From Octopus bimaculoides (lineage: Eukaryota), in contig NC_068987.1 in NCBI RefSeq assembly GCF_001194135.2, positions 78,040,508 to 78,076,579 of the forward strand: a DNA stretch of 36,072 nucleotides. The letters run 5' to 3'. Positions within the stretch are counted from its first letter, which is position 1. The number at the start of each line of letters is the position of its first letter. The translations under genes and the position numbers were made by a program. Below, in pieces: positions 1 to 10,745 of the stretch. The notes beneath the pieces were generated by a model. The model worked only from the letters and a program-made list of their open reading frames with translations. It was not told where the DNA came from and made no database searches.

Positions 1-70
<70 letters not shown>
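1..70. repeat. (CA)35 microsatellite
   Basis: Perfect CA repeat from the window start. Confidence 0.99.
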
Positions 71-73
<3 letters not shown>

Positions 74-1153
74 TTAAGTATTGTCCATTTTCTTTATTCA
101 TTCGAATCAATAGCATTCGTCTATGATGTGCCTAGACATTAAGAACGTAAGACTTATTTTGAAAGGGATTGTAAGATATATGAGATTATGTGACTGTTCA
201 CGATCACAAGAAAGGAAAATCAATTTTTACCATTGAAGAATTTCAAGGAAGATAGAAAAGAGAACGTGCAAACTATCTTGCGATTGTATGTCGAGTTACC
301 GGCAACCCCTAAGCGAATGGCTATAATAGGTAGAGCATTTTTATCACTATGATTCTTTCAAATACAATTTGGCCGAAAGGTAAGGTGTCCATTCTTTGAT
401 AAGAATATCTTAGTGGTCAAACAGCAAAAGTTTACTGACAGCCAAGTTTCCGGGGTCAATGGATCACACAGTAAGCGGAAATAAGACGTTGACTGTCGGA
501 TTAGGAAGGACTTTCTCATTACTGAACAATGGGCTGCAGACGTATATCTACTGAACACGACTCCCTGCTAACATCCATCGTGCATCACAATAACAGTTAC
601 TGCCTGTCTGGACCTGCATCAGTTGTATCCTCGGGACTATATCTGGTCAGTGAAACTTAGAGGAGACTAAAGTGACAAAATTTTCACGCCTTCATCCTCA
701 TTTTAGCTTCTTCAGAGCCTCGTTAATGTAATAGTAGGTATTTTGCTGGTAGCTGATACTTACTTTTGTTTTTAATTTAGTTATACATTTTGTCGTTATT
801 TTATTTTTCACATATATTCATTAAAGGTTGTTTATTTATTTATTTTTTTTCTTTGTATCCTGCTAATAAAAGTAGATCAGGGATAAAACATCTGCAGATA
901 GTAAGTGTCCAACCTATGCGGGTCACACTTGAGCCGTTGGCTCCATTCGGATATGTAGAGGTAGTACCGCGATTTAAAGTCGCTGAGAAGCGAACGGGAT
1001 GAAAACCTGATAATACTTAACATAGGGGATATTTGGCTACGAAGAGTTTTATTATTTTCCCCCTCTAGCTGTGTGCAGTACTTTGTATAGTGAGCAGTAA
1101 ACAACTGACACATCGTACACCAATACAGCTATTGACAAAGCACCACAAAAAGC

Positions 1154-1171
1154 ATATATACACACACACAC

Positions 1172-1204
<33 letters not shown>

Positions 1205-1212
1205 CACACACG

Positions 1213-1271
<59 letters not shown>

Positions 1272-1560
1272 NNNNNNNNNNNNNNNNNNNNNNNNNNNNN
1301 NNNNNNNNNNNNNNNNNNNNNNNNNNNNNNNNNNNNNNNNNNNNNNNNNNNNNNNNNNNNNNNNNNNNNNNNNNNNNNNNNNNNNNNNNNNNNNNNNNNN
1401 NNNNNNNNNNNNNNNNNNNNNNNNNNNNNNNNNNNNNNNNNNNNNNNNNNNNNNNNNNNNNNNNNNNNNNNNNNNNNNNNNNNNNNNNNNNNNNNNNNNN
1501 NNNNNNNNNNNNNNNTATATATATATACACATATATATATATATATACATATATATACAT
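1154..1560. repeat. Compound (CA)n/(TA)n microsatellite spanning gap 1272-1515
   Basis: Direct reading. Confidence 0.95.
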
Positions 1561-1724
1561 ACTAGCGCCACTTATTAATGCAAATAAACAAAATAGGAGA
1601 CGAATATGTTATTTTAGATATTTAATCTGGTATTTTTCCTGGTTTTCCTGATATAAATTTTTCTGGTTCTATTTTGACTACGTGTGTGAATTTAACTCAC
1701 TATGGGAGAAATATATCTGTAAAA

Positions 1725-1742
1725 TCAATCAATCTATCTATC

Positions 1743-1830
<88 letters not shown>
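1725..1830. repeat. (TATC)n microsatellite
   Basis: Direct reading. Confidence 0.97.
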
Positions 1831-1832
<2 letters not shown>

Positions 1833-1867
1833 GTGGATATAGATCTCTCCCTCATATATTATATGTA

Positions 1868-2718
1868 CAGAGCACGATGGGTAAATTGTCAACATTTTAT
1901 ATTTTTCATTTCGCACATGCGCATTGTTTTTTTTCTTATTTTGTCGACTACACAACATAGTAGGGTCAGTTGGCACCATCTGTGAGAAAAACAGTACCGT
2001 GACGCAAATCTGTCTGCCAGAAATTTGGAAACGACATGCTGTACTGCTTAGCATTCGCGCCGGAAGCTCCAATACGAATATTTCAGACTATCTGGGTGTC
2101 AATCTGAGGACAGTGCAATCTGAGGACATGGACCAAGATTGATAAAAATCAAGCATCCAGTTAACATCATGGTGTTTGGAGTGATCACTAGTGATGGTGA
2201 CTTTATGCTTCCATTCATCTTTCCACACAGCCTCAGATTCAGCACGGAGGCCTACATCAAGTGCCTGGAGGAGGCAGTGCTGCTCTGAGTCAAGATACTG
2301 AAAGACACTGTGTCTGACGACAGGACTCTGCACCATGCCACAGAAACAGAAGAACCTAGTCATGACTGTCAGACAATTTCTGCGGCCACATCACCCCTAA
2401 CATCTGACCACCTAACTCCCCAGACTATAACCCCCTTGATTATTATGTGTGGCGCGCAGCTGAAGAAGAGACCAACAAAACTCCTTGTAACACCAAACAT
2501 GAACTGAAGGCAAGGATTATGGCAGCATTCATCAACTTAAACAAGGAGACCGTCCAGAAAACGAAAATTTCCAGGTCGCTTGGAGGTCGTGGTTAAAGAC
2601 AATGGCGATTTTATTGAATAAATTTACTGTTTAGTATTTCAAGATATTTTTATGTAGTTTTGGTAAATATATGTGTTAATATGAGATGTCAGTGTTATTT
2701 TCATTTTTGTGTAATTCA
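1868..2718 (+). mobile_element. Decayed, internally deleted DD37D (maT-type) IS630-Tc1-mariner transposon
   Basis: TA|CAGAG... left end at 1866-1868. N-terminal HTH-like TQICLPEIWKRHAVLLSIRAGSSNTNISDYLGVNLRTVQ from ~1999, then KHPVNIMVFGVITSDGDFMLPFIF, QDSAPCH (D at 2324) and *PPNSPDYNPLDYYVW (D at 2438), with exactly 37 codons between the two D. Ends ...RLEVVVKDNGDFIE*. Stops, frameshifts and a central deletion; right end runs into the gap. Confidence 0.92.
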
Positions 2719-3261
2719 NNNNNNNNNNNNNNNNNNNNNNNNNNNNNNNNNNNNNNNNNNNNNNNNNNNNNNNNNNNNNNNNNNNNNNNNNNNNNNNNNN
2801 NNNNNNNNNNNNNNNNNNNNNNNNNNNNNNNNNNNNNNNNNNNNNNNNNNNNNNNNNNNNNNNNNNNNNNNNNNNNNNNNNNNNNNNNNNNNNNNNNNNN
2901 NNNNNNNNNNNNNNNNNNNNNNNNNNNNNNNNNNNNNNNNNNNNNNNNNNNNNNNNNNNNNNNNNNNNNNNNNNNNNNNNNNNNNNNNNNNNNNNNNNNN
3001 NNNNNNNNNNNNNNNNNNNNNNNNNNNNNNNNNNNNNNNNNNNNNNNNNNNNNNNNNNNNNNNNNNNNNNNNNNNNNNNNNNNNNNNNNNNNNNNNNNNN
3101 NNNNNNNNNNNNNNNNNNNNNNNNNNNNNNNNNNNNNNNNNNNNNNNNNNNNNNNNNNNNNNNNNNNNNNNNNNNNNNNNNNNNNNNNNNNNNNNNNNNN
3201 NNNNNNNNNNNTGAATATATGTATAAATGTTCTTATTTAATTATTTTAACTCATGTCCATT

Positions 3262-3305
3262 GTCCGGAAATCTTTTGTTACACATCTGTGACTTCTTCAG
3301 CAACA
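3262..3305 (-). ncRNA. Degenerate minimal hammerhead-like motif
   Basis: Minus strand reads CTGAAGA-A-GTCAC-agat-GTG(TA)AC-AAAA: intact core, helix II with a 2-nt insertion, GAAA changed to AAAA. Confidence 0.35.
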
Positions 3306-3478
3306 CTTTTCGTTTTCGTGTGTGTTCTTGGTCCACTCAGTCCGTTCTGTTCTTCTAAGATGTGTATACTTATGTGCGCCTGCGCTTGTGTCATGTGATA
3401 AATGTAAGACAGAGATAGATAAAATAAATAAATAAAGCTTTATAAAGGATGTGGATACACGCGAGGCGAACCCATACG

Positions 3479-3509
<31 letters not shown>

Positions 3510-3514
3510 GTGTG

Positions 3515-3845
3515 AAACTTCGTGGACGGCCATACCAATGTCAACGTTGCGTTGTTGACAGAATGGATTGAACTGAACCGTGACTAATCTGCACATCCTC
3601 TGATAACTCACGGATGGTGATTCAAAGATTTTCCCTCACAGCTGCATGTACATCTGCGATATTTTTCTCATTTCTGCTGGTTGCAGTTCTCCCAGAACTT
3701 TCGTCAATATACACATTTCTTTCGGCCATCTTGGGAACGTCTGAACCACTCGTACACTTGTATGCAGTTCATACCCTCCTCTCCATACACTTCCTGCAAC
3801 TTTAGATTGACCTCTGAGCAGGTATCACCATGACAACTTTCTCAG
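3515..3845 (-). mobile_element. Mariner-type transposase N-terminal (HTH) pseudogene fragment
   Basis: Minus strand GDTCSEVNLKLQEVYGEEGMNCIQVYEWFRRSQDGRK, frameshift, then IDESSGRTATSRNEKNIADVHAAVRENL*ITIRELSEDVQISHGSVQSIL. Matches mariner YEWF..F..GR / SGRP / RxTIREL motifs. Confidence 0.88.
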
Positions 3846-3929
3846 TCACACGCTATGCACCTTCCTTCCAAGCAGTGCTGCAAACAGCCAAAGTGAGCTA
3901 GGACATTGAAATTTAGCGCGCATACACAG

Positions 3930-3985
3930 CAGAGTTGAAACTTGGGGTTAGTAGCCCGCGCTCTTAACCACTCCGCCAATATGCC
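3930..3985 (-). mobile_element. tRNA(Ser)-like SINE head, 5' half only
   Basis: Minus strand TGGCGGAGTGG (A box, 3968-3978), TTAAG, then GGG-CTACTAA-CCC anticodon-arm-like hairpin. No B box follows on that strand. Confidence 0.65.
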
Positions 3986-4003
3986 CATGGGCATATGGCA
4001 TAT

Positions 4004-4013
4004 GGCAGTGACC

Positions 4014-4067
<54 letters not shown>

Positions 4068-4255
4068 TCGAAAAATACCTTAGGAATGAGACCCCAGGTT
4101 CGAAATTTACCCAACACACCCGAAGAAGGCTGGAGGGTTTATCAGCCGAAACGTGTAAACAACAAGCAAGATAAGGACAAATATCCGTCGAATGTAAATA
4201 ATGTAAATAATGTACATAATGTACATAATTCCTCATCTCTTAAATGTAGAACTGT
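4004..4255 (+). mobile_element. Short non-coding repeat with (TAA)n, B-box-like GGTTCGAAA, hammerhead-like motif and 9-bp tandem tail (Penelope-like/retrozyme-like)
   Basis: (TAA)n ~4014-4066; GGTTCGAAA 4097-4105; CCGAAGA-A-GGCTG-gagggtttat-CAGCC-GAAA-CGTGT 4120-4156; (AATGTA[A/C]AT)x4 4191-4226. Confidence 0.6.
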
Positions 4256-4369
4256 AACGTTATTATATTTCATTCGTTTGAATCAGTCCATGTATAAAAA
4301 TAAATAAACAATACATAATGTAATGTAACTCGGAAACAAGACATAATATATTTGTTTAATCAGTCGTTG

Positions 4370-4441
4370 GGCAGAGTTACTCAGTGGAAACGCGTTGGGC
4401 TAATAACCCACTGGTCCATCGATCAAAACTGCGCTATGCGA
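4370..4441 (+). pseudogene. Initiator tRNA-Met pseudogene (anticodon mutated CAT to AAT)
   Basis: Gap-free 51/72 match by hand to the canonical metazoan tRNAiMet (recalled sequence). Keeps initiator hallmarks: GGG/CCC anticodon stem and GATC T-loop. T-stem and acceptor stem are disrupted. Confidence 0.85.
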
Positions 4442-5254
4442 AGACATGGATATCATTTTTTATATTTATACATTGCAACTAAATTTTATACTAATAAACC
4501 AACCATATACATGTATATGTACCTACAAGGATAGATACAAACCATATTGTGCAATAAAAATTGATTTGGGGTTAAGAGTTCACCGATTCCCCGGGGTACA
4601 CCTGAACTCAAGTAGCGTAATGGGCAGAGACAACGACAATAGTAACAGGTCTTTTCACTTCGTACATAGAATTAAAAGATCAAATACTTCAACTGAATTC
4701 ATGCAACCTACTGAAAAAGTCAACTGTAATTAAACATATAGCCTAATAAAATCCATGTGTTATGCTTTTGTGTTAACAGCTCCATTGTTTTTGATTGTTC
4801 AGTAGGCGTGAAATGAGCAAAAGTATAAAAGAATGTATTGTCATATACTAGCTTACTGCCTGTAAAAATGATGATATTTGAGTAATGAATAAATTATGCA
4901 AAGATGTGAGTGAGAAAGATTACCAATTCGTGTGGGAGTTGTACAATTTGAGGAGAAGTAGATTATGCAGACTGGTGACCAAAGTATTAGCAAAATTACA
5001 AGTCAGCTGTAATAGAAGTGAGGGTAAGTAGATGAGATTGGAGACAGAAGTAAAGGCTAAGGAACGATATATGGAAGGGTGTATATGATAATCTATCCGC
5101 ACACTAATCACCAGCTTATACTGATGCCTTTTCTTCTCTTCCTCTCTCTCCCTCTACTCATCTTCCCCTCTTTCTATCTATCCATCTTTTGACGTCACTT
5201 TTCCAATTCTTTCATCTATTCGTGAACAAGTTTGCAGCCTAGTGGTTATTTTTC

Positions 5255-5300
5255 TCTCTTCCTGGAGAAGGACAAGAGTCTGAAACATTATCAGTTCTCG
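5255..5300 (+). ncRNA. Degenerate minimal hammerhead-like motif
   Basis: CTGGAGA-A-GGAC-aaga-GTCT-GAAA-CATT at 5262-5289: one core change, helix II 4 bp with a wobble. Confidence 0.45.
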
Positions 5301-6219
5301 TTTTCACGACATGAAACGTTTTCCAATGTTAGAACTATTTGTATTACTTTATGACAACGCAGAACGTGACTGGTTTTGCTCAGTTTCTGCTGCTTTACTC
5401 ACTAACCAGAGGCTTTGAAATTTTGGCTTAACTTGATATGAAATCCAGTTAGATAATGCACACTGTATCGCATCTAAAACTTAATTTGATTTCTCAAGTT
5501 TCTGCACTGAAGTTAATTAAGGAAAATAATCAAAAACAAATCATCTTAAGGCCATTAATTAATTTCAGTCATAATTAATTGTATTAAAGCTGCCAATTCC
5601 ATAGCTTCCCACGTAAATTTAAAGTAATATAAGTCTGCAGTATATTAAAGTCATCAAATACACTTAAATTTACCCTTAAAGTTTTTGAATAAATAATTTG
5701 GACACAATCGATATTAAAAGAATTAAGAATTATTAGACAGACAAATACACTATCATAGAGGTATACAGATACGCACATTTCCAGTTATTCACGCTGATTT
5801 ATAGATACATAGACACACGTTGAGATAAATTCATAGATTACTGATATATGCATATAGAAATACACTAGTACAGATTCAGATACATAGACGAACGTTTGGT
5901 TAAAACATAAATAATGTGTGTATGTATCCATACACACAAACACAGACAGACGCACATACATGCATATGCTGGTAGATAGATTGGTAGATAGACTCACTTC
6001 TTCTTATACTAAGTCACCGTCCTCTGTGACTTCAACGTTCGAAACTACTCAGGAGTCTCACATTCATCGCACACCAATGCTGCCAGTACAGAAACCGAAT
6101 GCCTTGTTGCTACTTTTAACTCTTTACATCAACTTGTTTCATCACATACTAACATTCCAGACTGGCAGTTGATGATAGGAATGTATATTCAACATGCTCG
6201 TTTATTATAAAGTGCTTAA

Positions 6220-6275
6220 CTAACTGATACCTGTTGTCCCGAAAAGATGATAGGCAAAGTCGACTTCTGTGGTTC
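6220..6275 (-). mobile_element. SINE family A fragment
   Basis: gaaaagatgataggcaaagtcgacttctgtgg matches 18658-18690 and the reverse complement of 18890-18925. Confidence 0.7.
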
Positions 6276-6768
<493 letters not shown>

Positions 6769-6925
6769 AATAATAATAATAATAATAATAATAATTACCC
6801 ATCAGAACAACGGCAGAAACACTAATACACCCCAGCAGGACAACTCAAAAATAACTCTCAAAGACTGCAATGTCTACAATTTCCTTTTTTATTCTTTTAT
6901 TCTTTTATTTGTTTCAAGTAACACC

Positions 6926-8100
6926 GATCAAGTAACACCAGAGTGGTTGACAATAGGTAGGACATCGAAAAAGGCAATACGGTGCACGATTACAGGCCGA
7001 TATCCTGCTTTTCCACTTAGGTGGAAATTATTGACTGGAATAGTTGTGGAGTCAATGTAAAGATAATTTCCTGCCACATGAGCAGAAGAGATGCAAGCGT
7101 AAGTGCAGAGGTACCAAGGATCAACTCCTGGTTGACAAAACAGCAAGAAGAGGAAAACTAACTTAGCCATGGATCGATTATCGTAAGGCGTTCGATATGA
7201 TTCCACATTCTTGGATTATGGAATGTATGAACCTATTTGGTATTGCATCGGATGTTCAACAATTGCTTGGAAAAAGTATAGCGAGGTGGAGGACGGAACT
7301 GACAGCATATGGAAGTCTGCATGTACCAAGAAAAAGAGTGGGAAGAAGACTTATTGGAGGCGAACACAGCATTAGAACAGAAGAAAACAACATAGCATGG
7401 TATGTAAAACATGTCACAGCACCGCTGCTATTGGAAGTACGAAGGTCAGGCTTGTGTAGAATGGAAGATTGCAAGGCACTGAACAAGGAATTGAAAATGA
7501 ATGAAACTGAAAATAGGTGGATAAAGAAAAGAAAGCATGGCCAATTTCATAGGGATGTTGAAGATAAGACAGACAAATTAAAAAGATGGCTATGGATGAC
7601 TAAGAGTGATTTAAAACCGGAAACGGAGGCTCTAATCTGTGCTGCCCAAGTGCAAGCATTAAGAACTAATTACATTAAATGCAAAGATCCTATGGGATGG
7701 AGTTTTTGATTCAATATGAGATAGAGGATAGGAAACCAGACAGTGTTAATTGAGAAATAAAGCAAACGATGCTGGATCATAAATATAACATACCCAGCTG
7801 ACAACAAGGTATGCGATAACGAAGAAAGAAAAGTCAATAGATATAACAGGTTAGCTTGGGCGGTTAAGTAGTTGTGGTTGCTGAAGAAGGTGGTAGTAGT
7901 ATCAATAATTGTCGGAGCTCTGAAAACAGTGAGTAAAAATCTTGAGAAGTACATGGAACTGCAATAAGGGCTGTAATAAGGGTGGAGCACTTGCAGAAGA
8001 CAGTACTGCTTGGAACCGCTCGAATACTCCGGATGGTGCTCGAAAAATAAGGAGTGTTCACTGACACCGTAGTACATCTCCAGCGTTAGAAGCTGTGGAA
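6926..8100 (+). mobile_element. Older, deleted R4/Dong-like non-LTR retrotransposon (RT and RLE remnants)
   Basis: Across frames: PEWLTIGRT, DYRPISC, WKLLTGI, LPHEQKRCKRKCRGTKDQLLVDK, WIDYRKAFDMIPHSWI, KHGQFHRD, LKPETEALICAAQVQALRTNYIK, and terminal LQKTVLLGTARILRMVLEK*. Stops, frameshifts and large internal deletions. Confidence 0.9.
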
Positions 8101-8151
8101 AGACAATAAAATAATCCTTTCTACTGTAGGCACAAGGCCTGCATAAAAATG

Positions 8152-8189
<38 letters not shown>

Positions 8190-8199
8190 GAAAATAATA

Positions 8200-8362
8200 A
8201 TACAGAAAATTGCACTACTGGGCACTGCACACATCCTACGCAAAACACTTTCAATACAATAACCATAAGAGCACCACAACAAACCACAGCACATACCCAA
8301 GGCGCACAGAGCTGCGCTCGGTAGTGAAGTGAAAGCACGTTATAAAAATAAAACTACTGAAC
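8200..8362 (+). mobile_element. 5'-truncated R4/Dong-like element, copy 2 (3' end)
   Basis: IQKIALLGTAHILRKTLSIQ* plus 3' UTR. 8211-8362 versus 6617-6768 is 146/152 identical by hand. Flanked by (AAT)n. Confidence 0.92.
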
Positions 8363-8400
8363 AATAATAATAATAAAATTAATAATACTACTAATAATAA

Positions 8401-8618
8401 TCCTTTTTACAATAGGCACAAGGCCTGAATTTTTTTTGTGTGTGTGTGTGTGTGTCTGGTCGATTGCATCGACCCCAGTGTTTCACTGGTACTTAATTTA
8501 TCGACCCCAAAGGGCGAAAGCGAAGTCGACTTCGGCAGAACTTGAACACAGAACGTATCGACAGACGAAATACCACTAAGCATTACGTCCGGCGTGCTAA
8601 CGATTCTGCCAGCTTGCC
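8401..8618 (-). mobile_element. tRNA-headed SINE family A
   Basis: Minus strand ggcaagctggcagaatcgttagcacgccgg...gtcgataaattaagtaccag...ggggtcgat, collinear with 18809-18975. Confidence 0.9.
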
Positions 8619-8619
8619 T

Positions 8620-8661
8620 ATAATAATAGTAATAATAATAATGATGATGATGATGATGATG

Positions 8662-8717
<56 letters not shown>

Positions 8718-8765
8718 CAAAATTATAATAATAATAATAATAATTATAATAATAATAATGATGTT
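8620..8765. repeat. (ATA)n/(ATG)n microsatellite
   Basis: Direct reading. Confidence 0.95.
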
Positions 8766-8984
8766 TAAGAATGCCTATGGATGAGTGTGTGACGTACTAG
8801 AGATAGCAGCCAAATCATCTCTTAGATGACAATAAGTTTGAATATAAGATGTGTTAGACACGGTCAGAATATCTTATATTCTCTGTATACGTGGTATAGG
8901 TAGAGCCCTGATTCTACTTTGATTGCGTATACAAGAAAAGCAACTTCTATTTGCTGAAATGAACGAAATTCTCTATACACAGTT

Positions 8985-9170
8985 AATCACTTAGCTAGAA
9001 ATAACAGGAAAATCTCTTTTAAGTCACATTCAACAGTCTTGAATAAGGATGGCTACATTGGACAGTGAAATCCTTGATATATAAAATGACGGGATAGTAT
9101 ACAAAATGTGAATGCTGGAATATATTTGGGCTTTGGGCCTGCTCTGTTAGGTCTGACCTGGGCTCAACTA
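8985..9170 (+). repeat. Unclassified dispersed repeat D (diverged)
   Basis: ctagaaataacaggaaaatct...acattggac...gacgggatag...gggtctgacctggg-like motifs shared with 19770-19915 and 20560-20740. Confidence 0.5.
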
Positions 9171-9393
9171 TACTGAAAAGAATTTCTAGGAACTCTAGAG
9201 TATATATATATATGTCATTGGGACATTATTCAAGATTATTGTTCATTGTTCTGAAAAAATANNNNNNNNNNNNNNNNNNNNNNNNNNNNNNNNNNNNNNN
9301 NNNNNNNNNNNNNNNNNNNNNNNNNNNNNNNNNNNNNNNNNNNNNNNNNNNNNNNNNNNNNNNNNNNNNNNNNNNNNNNNNNNNNNNNNNNNN

Positions 9394-9698
9394 GGGAGAG
9401 AGAGTGAGAGAGAGGGTGGAAGAGGGAGAAGGGAGAGAGAAGGGAAAGAGGGAAGAGGCGGGGAGAGAGAGAGGAAGAGAGAGGGGAGAGAAAGGTAAAG
9501 AGAGGAAGAGAGAGAGGGAAGGAGAGAGAGAGGGAGAAAGAGAGAGGGAGAGGGAGAGAGAGGAAGACAGAGAAAAAGGGAGAGAGAGAGAGGGAGAAAG
9601 AGAGAGGGAAGAGAGAGAGAAAAAGAGACAGAGAGAGAGAAAAAGAGACAGAGAGAGAGGAAGACAGAGAGAAAGGGAGAGAGAGAAAGAGAGAGAGG
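9394..9698. repeat. GA-rich low-complexity tract
   Basis: Direct reading; explains ORF 9212-9754. Confidence 0.95.
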
Positions 9699-10286
9699 AT
9701 TATTTAGTGACTTCTTGTGAGTCGGCTACTAATATAGCTCACTTCTTATCTTAGATAATACGGACTTCAAACATAATTCTATTTAGAAATTGGGGTTCAT
9801 TGAACAACAACATCAAGCACCCAGTCCTAACAACAACCAATAAGGTCCGAGCTGCGCATATATTTACAAGAATTTCGCCTACTTTTTTTTACCGACCTCT
9901 GATAGACAGAAGTCAATGTCAACCCAGGCGTGATTTGAAACTTGGAAATATAAACCACGTTCTATTACTGACAATTTATCTATGTGTTTCCATGTTAATT
10001 TTTGTTTTCTCAGATAACGTCACATCAAAATCAGCCTTTGTCTGAAAAAAAAAAAAAATGCTGAACGTATAAGCGTTCTAGCACGGAAAAAAAGAGAGAG
10101 AAAAAGAAAAAAGAGAAGCGAAAAGAAAAACACAATGATTATTTTTAAACAGAACGGAAAAGTCTTTAGGAATGAATGAAACAAAAGAGTCAAAGTTTTA
10201 AATATCAAATTCATAAAAAAAATAAGCCAGAGAATTAATCAAATTTGAAAAAAATATACTTTAAATAAAAATGAAGAATAGATATA

Positions 10287-10660
<374 letters not shown>

Positions 10661-10699
10661 GGCGGAGTATATTTGTATATACACATGCATTGTAAATGA

Positions 10700-10745
10700 A
10701 GATGGCCTGAAGAGTCATTGTGTAAACTGAAATGACAAAGAAAGT
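10700..10745 (+). ncRNA. Degenerate minimal hammerhead-like motif
   Basis: CTGAAGA (10707-10713), GTCATT, 11-nt loop, AATGAC, AAAG: intact core and perfect 6-bp helix II, but G12 of GAAA missing. Confidence 0.4.

Noticed and set aside
660-720. CTGAAGA on the minus strand followed later by GAAA
   Set aside because: No helix II can form between core and GAAA.
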